From Pseudonocardia sp. (GTDB lineage Bacteria; Actinomycetota; Actinomycetes; Mycobacteriales; Pseudonocardiaceae), in assembly GCF_036500625.1 (NCBI RefSeq), contig NZ_DASYBQ010000012.1: 64,000 nt of DNA; one strand, written 5' to 3'. Below are positions 32,770 through 42,243 of the stretch, in pieces. Within the stretch, counting starts at the first letter, position 1. Every line of letters starts with the position of its first letter. The position numbers were made by a program, and so were the translations under genes. Below the pieces are notes generated by a model. That model was not told the origin of the DNA and made no database searches. It was given only the letters and a program-made list of their open reading frames with translations.

Positions 32770-34548
32770 CTACGTGGTGGGCGGGAGCGGTGTGGGGCGC
32801 TTGGCGATAGTGATCGGCGGCTCGATCAGCTCCGAGACCGGCTCCACACCGTCGGCCGGGTGGAACCAGCGGCGGTCCTCGGTCACCTGGTCGGGGCGGG
32901 TGAACTCCCAGTGCGCCGCGCGCTGCACCTTCACCGGGAACACCGTGAGCGTGCCGTCCGCCGCGATGCGCAGCCGCAGGAAGCACTTGTAGTCCTGGAT
33001 GCCCTGCGCGGAGAACAGTTCGTCGGTGTTCACCCCGCGCGGCCCGATCCGGTCGGCCAGCAACAGGTAGAGCGCCACCACCAGCGGACCGAGCAGTGCG
33101 CCGACCACACCGCACAACAGGGCCACCGCGACCGAGCGCGGCTCCGACGACACGCCAAGCGCGCGCCCGGCCAGCTGACCGAGGATCACGGTGACAACCA
33201 CCACGACCAGGTGCAGCACCGTGTGCAACAGGCCCACCCAGCGGCCCAGTGCGGCGTGCCGCTCGCCGCCCTGCCCGGTGAACGCGGTCAGCCCGAGCCA
33301 CACCGCGCCGGCGAGCAGGATCGCCAGCACCAGGCCGGGCACGTCCAGCGCCACCCAGTGCGAGCGACCCAGCCGGGGCAACGCCTTGCCGATGGCGGCC
33401 CCGAGCAGCAGGTACAGCACCGCCGGCACCGCCCAGAACTTGGGGCTGCGGAAGACGGCGCCCAGGATGCCAGGGCGCAGCCGCTTCGAAGTGGCCGCGT
33501 CCGGGTAGCGCCGCTGGAGCTGGTAGGGCACCGGGGCGTGCTTGTTCAGGTCCTGGGACTGCTCAGGAGGCAGGCTCAGCGTCTCGGGCAGATGGTGGGT
33601 CGGGTACAGGTACGCCCCGCCGCCGCCCGCGGTGATCTTCTGCTGGCCGGCCGCGTCCTGACCCTGGTAGCGGGCGTAGTGGTGCAGGTCGCCGGACAGC
33701 GACAGCCGCAGCATGGCCCGGTCAGGGACCACCGTGCGCTCGAAGTACTCCAGCGGCGCATAGCCCTCCGGGTTGTCCGGGCCGGACTCCACCCAGGACG
33801 GCATCGCCCAGCACAGGATGATCGACTCGTCCGGTTGCACCCGGGTGGCCATGTCGCGGAAGTAGTCCAGCTGCGGCTCGTCGAGGTCGTCGCCCAGCGC
33901 GACGTCGATGCCCCACAGCCACCAGCCGTGCGGCAGCTTCACCGCGAAGTAGCTGCGGGTCTGCTCGGTCTTCCAGCCGCCGATCCAGCGCTGTTGGCAG
34001 AACTGGCGCAGGAAGCTGGTCAGGCCGTCATACCAGTCATGGTTGCCCGGCAGCGCAACGAGCCAGCGGGGCCGGTCGGTCCAGGGCAGCATCGAGCGGT
34101 AGGGCCCGACGAGCCGGTCGTTGTAGTTCGCCGCCGAGGCCACCGGGTAGGCCTCGTCGCCGCCCATGATGAGCAGCGTGCCGGCCTGGGTGTGGTGCGT
34201 GCCGTGCTCGCCGGACAACTCCAGCCGCTCGGCGGCCAGCTGGCTCGCGACGGTGGCGGCGCCGTCGAAGCCGTCACCGATGTCGGCCACGTAGTCCAGC
34301 CAGAACGGCTCGCCCGCATCCGGCTGCTCGGAAAGGTCGAGCGGGTCGCCAGACTCGGTGCGCTCCAGCTCACGGCGGTCGGCGAAGCTGCCGAACAGCG
34401 TGGACACCGCCACCGACGCGCCGGTGCGGGCCAACATGGCGGGGGCGAGCCAACGCACTCGAGGTCGCGGGGTGAAACCCAGGTCGCCGGCCTTCGGGGA
34501 GCCGGGGCGCGACGGTGGCTGCTGGCCTGGTTCGGGTAAACGCTGCAT
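32770..34548 (-). CDS. Membrane-anchored metallophosphoesterase
   Basis: DYVADIGDG, MGGDEAYP, LPGNHDWYDG and LSGDLHHY calcineurin-like motifs, with C-terminal TMs. Confidence 0.85.
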   Translation of the reverse strand: MQRLPEPGQQPPSRPGSPKAGDLGFTPRPRVRWLAPAMLARTGASVAVSTLFGSFADRRELERTESGDPLDLSEQPDAGEPFWLDYVADIGDGFDGAATVASQLAAERLELSGEHGTHHTQAGTLLIMGGDEAYPVASAANYNDRLVGPYRSMLPWTDRPRWLVALPGNHDWYDGLTSFLRQFCQQRWIGGWKTEQTRSYFAVKLPHGWWLWGIDVALGDDLDEPQLDYFRDMATRVQPDESIILCWAMPSWVESGPDNPEGYAPLEYFERTVVPDRAMLRLSLSGDLHHYARYQGQDAAGQQKITAGGGGAYLYPTHHLPETLSLPPEQSQDLNKHAPVPYQLQRRYPDAATSKRLRPGILGAVFRSPKFWAVPAVLYLLLGAAIGKALPRLGRSHWVALDVPGLVLAILLAGAVWLGLTAFTGQGGERHAALGRWVGLLHTVLHLVVVVVTVILGQLAGRALGVSSEPRSVAVALLCGVVGALLGPLVVALYLLLADRIGPRGVNTDELFSAQGIQDYKCFLRLRIAADGTLTVFPVKVQRAAHWEFTRPDQVTEDRRWFHPADGVEPVSELIEPPITIAKRPTPLPPTT

Positions 34549-34703
34549 GCACCGATGATCGCTGCTGCCGGGCCGAACGCCGGGCTGAAATCGCCGACCG
34601 AGTCCCGTCCGGTTGGTCACCCGACCCGACATCGACACCGGGCTGAGCGCGCCAGGGCCGAACCGTCCCCCCGGCACACCGGCGCACCGGCCAGAATGGA
34701 GCC

Positions 34704-35108
34704 GTGCACCTACTCGATCCGCAAGACCCCCACACGGTACTGAACGGCGAGCGGGTGTGTGAGGCGATCGCCCACCTGCCCGACGCCGAGACGCTGCACG
34801 ACTGGGCAACCCGGTTCGCGTTGCTGGCCGACCACACCCGGTTGGCGCTGCTGCTGTGCATCCACCACGCCCGCGAGATCTGCGTGTCCGACCTGGCCGC
34901 CGCGACCGGGGTCAAGGACAGCACGGTCTCGCAGGCACTGCGCCTGCTGCGGGCGCACGGCGTGGTCGGGACCCGCCGCGACGGTCGCGCCATCCACTAC
35001 CACCTGACCGACGACGAGCGGCTGCGCGCGCTACTGGACTGCCTGCCAGGAGCGCACGACGAGCCGGCGCACCCGGGGAGTCGCGACCACGGGCTGGTGC
35101 AGAGCTAG
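34704..35108 (+). CDS. ArsR/SmtB family transcriptional regulator
   Basis: FALLAD.TRL.LL, EICVSDLA, VSQALR.LR..G.V..RR.GR...Y.L motifs. Confidence 0.9.
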   Translation: MHLLDPQDPHTVLNGERVCEAIAHLPDAETLHDWATRFALLADHTRLALLLCIHHAREICVSDLAAATGVKDSTVSQALRLLRAHGVVGTRRDGRAIHYHLTDDERLRALLDCLPGAHDEPAHPGSRDHGLVQS

Positions 35109-35109
35109 A

Positions 35110-35215
35110 CGGCGCCGAGAAAGTGCCGTGCGTCGTGCACGACCATCGTGTTGCCCGAACACCGAGGTGGCCCCTCGTCGATCCCGACTGAGCAGTAGAG
35201 CAGCCGCCGAAGAAG
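35110..35215 (-). pseudogene. Remnant of a cbtB-like cobalt transporter subunit
   Basis: Reading across one -1 and one +1 slip gives LLY..VGIDEGATSVFG-NTM..VHDARHFLG, resembling the CbtB C-terminus. No start and no terminal FPCH. Confidence 0.5.
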
Positions 35216-35247
35216 ATATCTGTTCAGATGATTAGCGAGGTACGAGG

Positions 35248-35817
35248 GTGCGCGTGGTGCTGCTCTGTCACGCCGCCACCGCGGCGAGCCGGACCGTCTC
35301 GTTCGCCGGTGACGAGCCGCTGGAAGCCGGCGGGATCGCCAGCGCAACGGCGATGGCGGGTTCGCTTCCGAGGATGGACTCGGTCGTGCGCGCGCCGTCG
35401 ACGCGGTGCCGGCAGACTTCCGAGGCCCTCGGGCTGGCCGAGCTGGCCGTGCCCGTCGAGTCGCTGGCCGGCTGCGACTTCGGCGCCTGGACCGGTCGCA
35501 CCCTCGACGAGGTGCTCGCCAACACCCCGGGCGCGGTGACCAGCTGGCTCACCGAACCGGCGGCCAACCCGCACGGCGGGGAGAGCATCACGGCGCTGCT
35601 GGCCCGGGTCGGACACTGGTTGGACGGGTTGGCCGGGGTACGGGCGGTGCTCGCGGTGGTCGACCCCACGGTGGTCAGAGCGGCGATCGTGCATGCCATC
35701 GACGCCCACCCCCGGTCGGTGTGGCGCATCGACGTCGCCCCGCTGAGCCGGGCCGTGCTGGTCGGCGATCCCGGCCGCTGGTCGCTGCGCGCGCTGCACC
35801 CTGCCAGACCCTCCTGA
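35248..35817 (+). CDS. Histidine phosphatase family protein
   Basis: LLCHA (RHG variant), F..DEPL, AP..RC.QT, D.GAW.G, W...P...PHGGES and W.IDVAPL motifs. Confidence 0.85.
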   Translation: MRVVLLCHAATAASRTVSFAGDEPLEAGGIASATAMAGSLPRMDSVVRAPSTRCRQTSEALGLAELAVPVESLAGCDFGAWTGRTLDEVLANTPGAVTSWLTEPAANPHGGESITALLARVGHWLDGLAGVRAVLAVVDPTVVRAAIVHAIDAHPRSVWRIDVAPLSRAVLVGDPGRWSLRALHPARPS

Positions 35818-35829
35818 GTGGCCATCGGC

Positions 35830-36270
35830 TCAGCGCTGGGGACCGGCGGCCAGGGTGCAGAGCCACTCGGTGGAGGCGTCGAGTACCCGGTCGGCCCGCG
35901 CCCGGTCGGGCAACGCCGCTACGCCGCGCAGCGCGGCCGGCGGCTCCGCGCCCAGCTCGTCCAGACAGCGCTGCGCAGCGTCCCGTAGATCAATGAGGAT
36001 GGCCCGGTAGAGACGGGTGAGCGTGCCGGCGGCGGCCAGCTCGGCGCACGCCGGCTCGGGCAACGCGGCGAGCCCGGCGATCGTGCGGCGGCGAATCGCC
36101 ACAGCCTCGGCCAGGCTGGCGACCGCGCCCGGCCGGCCGGGCGCAGCGGCACAGTTGGGGCAGGTCAGCGCAATGCCCGCGACCAGCACACCGCTGGCCG
36201 ACACCACGAACCGGTGCCGGTCCTCGGTGGGACAGGCCGCGCCGCTGGGCCACGGACCCGCTGAATTCAC
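35830..36270 (-). CDS. Hypothetical protein
   Basis: 146-aa ORF with plausible helical composition and one CPxC. No family recognised. Confidence 0.4.
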   Translation of the reverse strand: MNSAGPWPSGAACPTEDRHRFVVSASGVLVAGIALTCPNCAAAPGRPGAVASLAEAVAIRRRTIAGLAALPEPACAELAAAGTLTRLYRAILIDLRDAAQRCLDELGAEPPAALRGVAALPDRARADRVLDASTEWLCTLAAGPQR

Positions 36271-36726
36271 GCTTCCTCCTCGTCACCAGATCAGCTGACT
36301 CGCCGGCTCCCAGCGGCGAAATATGGGCCCGATGGATACGCACCGGTCACCAGTTCACGCCGACGAGTGATCCACAGCATGATGTCAGCCACCCTGATCG
36401 GGCGGAGACGGTGACACGCTGAAACAACCGGTTGACGGCAGAACCACCCCCCGAGGCGCCGGCCGAGCCGTCCGGGTGAACGCCGAACGGGTTGCCGCCA
36501 CGACGGGGACGCACCGCCCCAGCCGGCCGGGCCGGCGTACGGCACCGGGTCTGCCTGCGCATTTCCCCGTCGTATTCGGTGGATTACTCCTTTCGCCGAG
36601 TTCTGTTACTCCTGGGCTGTTCGGGTGGAGCACAGAAAAGCACGAAACGAATTCCGGTCGGGCGCTGATGAGCCAAGCAGCAGCCACCCCGAGGCTGCGA
36701 CAGCCAGGAATGAGAGGGAATTTCCG

Positions 36727-36900
36727 ATGTCACACTTGAACATCTCGATCCTCAGCGGTAACGGCGGCAGGGCTCGCGGCGGCCACCGCCCCGAGCCGTC
36801 CCGCTCGCACCGCGACGATGACTGCCACCGCCCGCTCAAGCGGCACTGCGGCGACCCGTGCGGCGGCGGCCGGGGCGGCCGCGGCGGCCACTGCAAGTAG
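36727..36900 (+). CDS. 57-aa Cys/His/Gly/Arg-rich small peptide
   Basis: RBS GAGGGA 7 nt before ATG. Strong G/C at third codon positions. Sequence MSHLNISILSGNGGRARGGHRPEPSRSHRDDDCHRPLKRHCGDPCGGGRGGRGGHCK. Confidence 0.65.
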   Translation: MSHLNISILSGNGGRARGGHRPEPSRSHRDDDCHRPLKRHCGDPCGGGRGGRGGHCK

Positions 36901-36907
36901 GCGACGC

Positions 36908-36948
36908 GGCGACCGGTCCCGCCTGAGCCCCCGGGCGGGACCGGCGCC
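36908..36948 (+). terminator. Stem-loop between the small peptide gene and the ABC exporter
   Basis: ccggtcccgcc (36913-36923) / ggcgggaccgg (36934-36944), extendable with a bulge. Confidence 0.55.
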
Positions 36949-36965
36949 GACCCGAACGCTCCCCC

Positions 36966-39512
36966 ATGGCCACACATCGCAGACCAACCGGGCGGCCCGC
37001 TCCCCCATCGGCCGACGCCGAGGCCGACTCCGTCGAGACCACCACGCTGCTCGCCGTGGTCCCGCCCAAAGATTCCCTGGTCGAGACCGCCCCCTCGGCG
37101 AGCGTGCGCAGCATCTTCCGGGCTTTCTGGCCGGACACGGCAGGTTTCCGGGTGCGCCTGGTGCTGAGCCTGCTGCTGGTGGGTGTCCCGCCGCTGCTGG
37201 CGGCCGCCGGAATCTACCTGGTCAAGATTCTCATCGACGACGTGCTCACCCCGCGTGACCTGAACCGCTTCCCGGTGGTCGCCGCCGCGTTCCTCGCGGT
37301 CACCGTGGCGGAGGGCGTGCTTTCGTTCGCCGACGAGTACCTGAACGCCTGGGTCGCCGAACGGTTCGTGCTGGTGCTGCGGTCCCGGGTGTTCGACCAC
37401 TTACAGGGCCTTTCGCTGACCTTCTTCGAGAATCACCAGCTGGGCGACATCGTGAGCCGGTTGAGCGGAGACGTATCGGCGATCGAAGAAATGATGCTCT
37501 CCGGCCTCAACCAGGCGCTCACCTACCTATTCCAGATTCTGTTCTTCGGCGGCGCGCTGTTCTTCCTGGACTGGCGCCTCGCCCTCGCCGCGCTGGTTGC
37601 CGCACCCGGTTTCCTGCTGCTCGCCCGGTTCTTTTCCCGACGGATCAAGGACGCATCGCGGGAACGGCGCCGCCGGGCCGGCTCGATCACCGCGGTGGCA
37701 CAGGAGAGCCTGCACAACGTGGCGCTGGTGCAGGCCTACAACCAGCAGCGCCGGGAGTCGGCACGCTTTCACCGGGAGAACCTTGGCAGCTTCACCGCGC
37801 AGCTGCTGGCCACCAAACTGGAGGCGCTGTTCGCGCCGTTCACCGATCTGCTGGAGGCGATCGGCATGCTGGCGGTGGTGGGCATCGGCGTGCGGGAGCT
37901 GATCGCCGGCCGGATGACGCTGGGCAGCCTGCTGGTGTTCCTCGGTTACCTGACCCAGCTCTACGGCCCGATCAGCGGGGCCGGTCACCTGGCCAACTCG
38001 ATCTACTCGGCCAGCGCGGGCGCGGAGCGGATCCTGGAGGTGCTCGGCACCGAACCGGACGTGTGCGACCCGGCCGACCCGGTGCCGATGCCGAATGTCC
38101 TCGGCGCGGTGCGGGTGGACCGGCTGAGCTTCCGCTACCCGGGCAGCCCACTGCACACCCTGCGGGAGATCGCCTTCCGGGTGGACCCCGGCGAGACGGT
38201 GGCGGTGGTCGGCGCGAGCGGCGCGGGCAAGTCGACGCTGCTCAGGTTGCTGATGCGGCTGCACGACCCGTCCTCCGGCGCGGTGCGCCTCGACGGCGTG
38301 GACACCCGGTCGATGCGGGTCGCCGACCTGCGCGACAACCTTGCGGTGGTGCTGCAGGAGACGCTGGTCTTCGACGGCACTGTCGCGGAGAACATCCTGT
38401 GGGGCAGGCCGGACGCAGCGCCCTCGGACGTCGTCGCGGCCGCGAAGGCGGCGGACGCGCACCAGTTCATCCTCGGTCTGCCCGGCGGCTACCACACCCG
38501 GATCGGGCAGCGCGGCATGATGCTGTCCGGCGGGCAGCGCCAACGCATCGCGCTGGCCAGGGCGATCATCCGGGACGCGCCGGTGCTGTTGCTGGATGAG
38601 CCGACCACCGGCCTGGACGCGGCGGCCAGCCAGCGGGTCCTCGCGCCGCTGCGGCGCGCGATGCGCGGGCGCACCACGATCGTCATCTCACACAACCTGC
38701 TGACGGTGACCGACGCCGACCGGATCGTCTATCTGGAACGGGGTCGGGTCGCCGGCTACGGCACGCACCGCGAGCTGCTGGAGACCGCGCCCGGTTACGC
38801 CGAGCTCTACCGCCTGCACCATCCCGTCGTCCCCCGACCGGTGGCCGCGCCGACCACGACAACACCGACCACGGCAGCACCGGGTGTTGCCGCGCCGACG
38901 AACCCGCCACGCCCGGTACCCCGTCCCCGGCCCGGGACGGGGCCGACCGAGGCCGGGCGGACCGGGACCGGGCCGGGGAACCCGCCGACCAACCCACCGC
39001 ACCCGGTACCCCGACCACGCCCCCATCCGACTCCGGTGCCCCGGCCTCGCCCGACACCGTTCCCCCGGCCCAAGCCCCCTGCGCCGCCGGCACTTCGCCC
39101 GGCGCCCGCGCCCGGCCCGACATCCGGCCCGCGCCCAGCACCCGCCGCGTGGACGAGGCCGGCGCCCAGCCCGCTGCCCCGCCAGCGGCCGGAACCAGCG
39201 GAACAACCGGAAGCGCCGGAGCAGACTGCCCGCTACAGCGTGGAGACCCTGCCGGTCGCGCACGGCAGGTTGGTGGCAGCGCGCCGTCCGGCACCGGCGG
39301 TGCGCGGGGTAGCGGCGGTGCGCGGCGAGCCGGCGTCCGCCGCCATACCGGTGCCCCGGGGAACGCCGACGGCGCGGCAGCGCCCGGCACCGTCGTCGGT
39401 CCGGACTCCGCCGCTGAGCTGGCTCGATGACGACCCCATCGCGGAGGAGTCCGGCGAGGAGCCCACCTTCGACTGGTGGTCCACCGACCCGCCGGGCAGC
39501 CAGCACCGCTGA
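36966..39512 (+). CDS. ABC exporter (fused TMD-NBD) with long Pro/Arg/Thr-rich C-terminal tail
   Basis: Six-TM ABC membrane domain, GASGAGKS, LSGGQRQR, LLLDEPT and ISH motifs. About 230 aa of low-complexity tail follow the NBD. Confidence 0.9.
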   Translation: MATHRRPTGRPAPPSADAEADSVETTTLLAVVPPKDSLVETAPSASVRSIFRAFWPDTAGFRVRLVLSLLLVGVPPLLAAAGIYLVKILIDDVLTPRDLNRFPVVAAAFLAVTVAEGVLSFADEYLNAWVAERFVLVLRSRVFDHLQGLSLTFFENHQLGDIVSRLSGDVSAIEEMMLSGLNQALTYLFQILFFGGALFFLDWRLALAALVAAPGFLLLARFFSRRIKDASRERRRRAGSITAVAQESLHNVALVQAYNQQRRESARFHRENLGSFTAQLLATKLEALFAPFTDLLEAIGMLAVVGIGVRELIAGRMTLGSLLVFLGYLTQLYGPISGAGHLANSIYSASAGAERILEVLGTEPDVCDPADPVPMPNVLGAVRVDRLSFRYPGSPLHTLREIAFRVDPGETVAVVGASGAGKSTLLRLLMRLHDPSSGAVRLDGVDTRSMRVADLRDNLAVVLQETLVFDGTVAENILWGRPDAAPSDVVAAAKAADAHQFILGLPGGYHTRIGQRGMMLSGGQRQRIALARAIIRDAPVLLLDEPTTGLDAAASQRVLAPLRRAMRGRTTIVISHNLLTVTDADRIVYLERGRVAGYGTHRELLETAPGYAELYRLHHPVVPRPVAAPTTTTPTTAAPGVAAPTNPPRPVPRPRPGTGPTEAGRTGTGPGNPPTNPPHPVPRPRPHPTPVPRPRPTPFPRPKPPAPPALRPAPAPGPTSGPRPAPAAWTRPAPSPLPRQRPEPAEQPEAPEQTARYSVETLPVAHGRLVAARRPAPAVRGVAAVRGEPASAAIPVPRGTPTARQRPAPSSVRTPPLSWLDDDPIAEESGEEPTFDWWSTDPPGSQHR

Positions 39513-39525
39513 CCCGGCGCCCGGG

Positions 39526-40371
39526 TCATGGCGGCGGCGGTTGGGTGACCTGGTGCAGGCTGAGCATGCCGTCCGGCGGCCCGCTCGGCGCCCATTCACC
39601 GGTGGCCGCCGTCCAGGTGGCGCCGTTCACCGTGACCCGGTCGATGCCGAAGCGCACCGCGTGCGCGACCAGCCAGTTGCCAAGCGCCCTTGCCCGCTCG
39701 GGGGGATGTTGGCCGGTCAGCGCGGCGGTACCCAGCTCCCGTTTCGCCTCGGTCACCAGGACGACCGAGGGGGCGCCGACCTTGATGTCGTGGCAGGTCA
39801 GCGACGCCTCCGCCTCGCCGGTCAGCGCGGCCGCCAACACTCGGGCCCTCGGCTCCCACTGCGCGTACGCCAGCGGAGCGGCCGAGTGCTGCACCAGCTG
39901 TGCCGCCTTGGTGACATCGATGTCGGCCCAGTTCGGCTGCAGGCGCAGGCGCAGGTAGAAGGCGGTCGCCGCGTAGACCGGGTCGGCGATCTGGTCCGGC
40001 GTGCCCCAGCCCTGCGAGGGCCGCTGCTGGAACAGCCCGATCGAGTCGAGGTCGCCGTAGGACAGGTTGTGCAGCCCGGACTCCTGCAGCGCGGTGGCAA
40101 TGGCCACCGTGACGGCGTGGTCCGGCATGCCGAGCTTGCCACCGACACCCGCGATCGTCGCGGCGTTCTCCGCCTGCTCAGGGCTCATCGCGAAGTCCGA
40201 GAACGTCTCAGCGTCCGAGCCGGGCGCGGCCGTCACCGACGCGGTACAACCGGGCGGCGGGTGCGCGAGCGGGCTCGTCCAGTACAGCACCGAGGCCACG
40301 ACGACGAGCAGCACCAGCGCCGCCGCGCCACCGGCCAGCGCTCGCGCGGCGCGTGTCGACGGCAGCCTCAC
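39526..40371 (-). CDS. Secreted or membrane-anchored protein with lysozyme-like actinobacterial domain
   Basis: N-terminal TM, then A.TIA...AIATA.QES.L.NL.YGD.DS.GLFQQRPSQGWG...Q..DP.YA...FY and AAQ.VQ.S motifs. Confidence 0.7.
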   Translation of the reverse strand: MRLPSTRAARALAGGAAALVLLVVVASVLYWTSPLAHPPPGCTASVTAAPGSDAETFSDFAMSPEQAENAATIAGVGGKLGMPDHAVTVAIATALQESGLHNLSYGDLDSIGLFQQRPSQGWGTPDQIADPVYAATAFYLRLRLQPNWADIDVTKAAQLVQHSAAPLAYAQWEPRARVLAAALTGEAEASLTCHDIKVGAPSVVLVTEAKRELGTAALTGQHPPERARALGNWLVAHAVRFGIDRVTVNGATWTAATGEWAPSGPPDGMLSLHQVTQPPPP

Positions 40372-40520
40372 CCGGCCAGATTAGTCCGACCCCGTTAACG
40401 CCCCGCTGACCCGTCCGCAAAGCCAGTCTCAGGCTCGCCGTCCGACGTGTTGCCTCGTGCCCCGCATCGGCATAGCCTCGAATCGATCTGAACCAACGGC
40501 ACCACTGATCCGAGGTCAGG

Positions 40521-40958
40521 ATGAAGGTCGACTCGATCCTGCGTGCCAAGGGGCACGACGTGGTCACCATCCAACCGTGGGCAACAGTCGAGGCCGCGCT
40601 CGAGCGCTTGATCGGTCCGCCCCGGATCGGCGCCCTGGTGGTCACCGGTGTACCACGCGGCTTCACCGGCGTGCTGGTCGAACGGGACGTCATCAAGGGG
40701 TTGCGGACGCACGGCTCGGCGCTGCTCGAACAACGGGTGTCGGACGTGATGTCGCGCCACGTGCCGACCTGTTCACCGGACGACTCGGTCAGCAGCATCA
40801 TGGTGCGGATGACGCAGAGCCGGTTCCGCCACGTCCCGGTGCTGCAGCACGGCGAGCTGGTCGGGCTGATCAGCATCGGTGACGTAGTACGCAACCGGCT
40901 CGACGAGATGGAGCTGGAGACCAACGTGCTCCGCGACCTCTACGCCGCGCGGCACTGA
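40521..40958 (+). CDS. CBS domain-containing protein
   Basis: Tandem CBS motifs: IGALVV, G.LVERD, V.DVMS and RHVPV...GELVGLISIGDVV. Confidence 0.92.
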   Translation: MKVDSILRAKGHDVVTIQPWATVEAALERLIGPPRIGALVVTGVPRGFTGVLVERDVIKGLRTHGSALLEQRVSDVMSRHVPTCSPDDSVSSIMVRMTQSRFRHVPVLQHGELVGLISIGDVVRNRLDEMELETNVLRDLYAARH

Positions 40959-40976
40959 CGGCTCGGGAAGCACCGG

Positions 40977-42113
40977 CTAGCGAGATCCTCGGATGCCCTT
41001 GGCCGCCAGCCTCGGGATCACCTCGGCGCCGAACTGCTCCAGCTCACCGACGTAGTCCACGAAGGACAGCGTCATGCCGGCCAGGCCGGCCCGGTGGTAG
41101 CGCCCGATCTCGTCGGCCACCTCGTCTGGCGTGCCGATCAGCGGGCAGGTGCCGTGTCCGGCGGCGAACCGGGGCCGGAAAGCGCCCAACATCTCCTTGG
41201 TGAACGACTGGGCGTGCAGGCCCTGTAGCCGCATCAGGTTGTCCACCGCATCCCAGTCGGCGTGCTCCTCGGCGTAGTAGTGCAGGTAGTCCAGCGCCTC
41301 GGCGCGGGTGGGCCGGCAGACCACGTGCGCCGGGCTCATCACGCCGACCTCGCGGCCGTAGTCGAGCCGCGCCTTGCTGGTGAGCCGCTCGACCAGCGCG
41401 GCGCCCTCCCGCGCATCCCCGATGATGGTGAACACGTAGTTGGCGTTGCGGGCCGCGAAGTCCCTGCCCTGCTCGCTCGACCCGGCGTTGAGCACCGGCA
41501 GCACGCCCTGCACCGGCAGGGCGTTGAGCACCGGCAGCACGCCCTGCACCGGCTTCGGCTCGGCCTCCACGTCGCGCAGGGTGAAGTAGCGCCCGGCCAG
41601 GTCGAACCGGCCCTTGCGGGTCCACAGCTCCCGGACGTGCTCCCACCATTCCTGGGCCATTGCGTAGCGGTCGTCGTGGTCGGCGGGCAGGTCAAGGCCC
41701 ATCGAGGCGTACTCCGGCTGGTTCCAGCCCGCCACGATGTTCACCCCGGCCCTGCCGCCGCCGACATGGTCCAGCGTGGCCAGCTGTTTGGCGCTGACCA
41801 CCGGGTGGTTGAACGCGGTGTGCACGGTCGCGAACACCACCACCCGACTGGTGTTGGCGAGCAACCCGGTCGCCCACGGCACCGGCTCCAGCACCGAACC
41901 GTGGAAGTTCGTGACACCGCCGTAGCCGATCCAGCGGGCGATGGGCAGTATGAAGTCGATCCCGACCCGGTCGGCCACCTCGGCCATCCGCAGGTTGTCC
42001 GCCCAGCTGGCACTCCACCGTTCCGCGATGGTGGTCACCGCAAGGCCGCCGGAACAGTTCGGCGCGAAAAGCCCCAGCTTGAAGTCCGTACCGTCAACCA
42101 GCGCGTTACCCAC
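40977..42113 (-). CDS. LLM class flavin-dependent monooxygenase
   Basis: KLGLF..N, F.LP.ARW.GYGG, T.H..F.HP...AKQ.AT.D..GGR.G.NIV.GW and NAG.S..G..FAA motifs. GGAGG RBS before GTG 42113. Confidence 0.9.
   Translation of the reverse strand: MGNALVDGTDFKLGLFAPNCSGGLAVTTIAERWSASWADNLRMAEVADRVGIDFILPIARWIGYGGVTNFHGSVLEPVPWATGLLANTSRVVVFATVHTAFNHPVVSAKQLATLDHVGGGRAGVNIVAGWNQPEYASMGLDLPADHDDRYAMAQEWWEHVRELWTRKGRFDLAGRYFTLRDVEAEPKPVQGVLPVLNALPVQGVLPVLNAGSSEQGRDFAARNANYVFTIIGDAREGAALVERLTSKARLDYGREVGVMSPAHVVCRPTRAEALDYLHYYAEEHADWDAVDNLMRLQGLHAQSFTKEMLGAFRPRFAAGHGTCPLIGTPDEVADEIGRYHRAGLAGMTLSFVDYVGELEQFGAEVIPRLAAKGIRGSR
41484..41553. repeat. 36-nt in-frame tandem duplication within the LLM gene
   Basis: 34 identical nt at 41484-41517 and 41520-41553, giving PVQGVLPVLNA twice. 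Confidence 0.9.
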
Positions 42114-42243
42114 CGCAACCTCCCCCAGGCCCAGCCGCCCACCGTACGGCCTCGGCCGGGCATACACCGGTCGATTTGCCGCCGCCAGCCGGCAGGGCGC
42201 TGGATGACGCCGGTGAACCTCGCGGCGGCCGCGGTCGGGGTGG

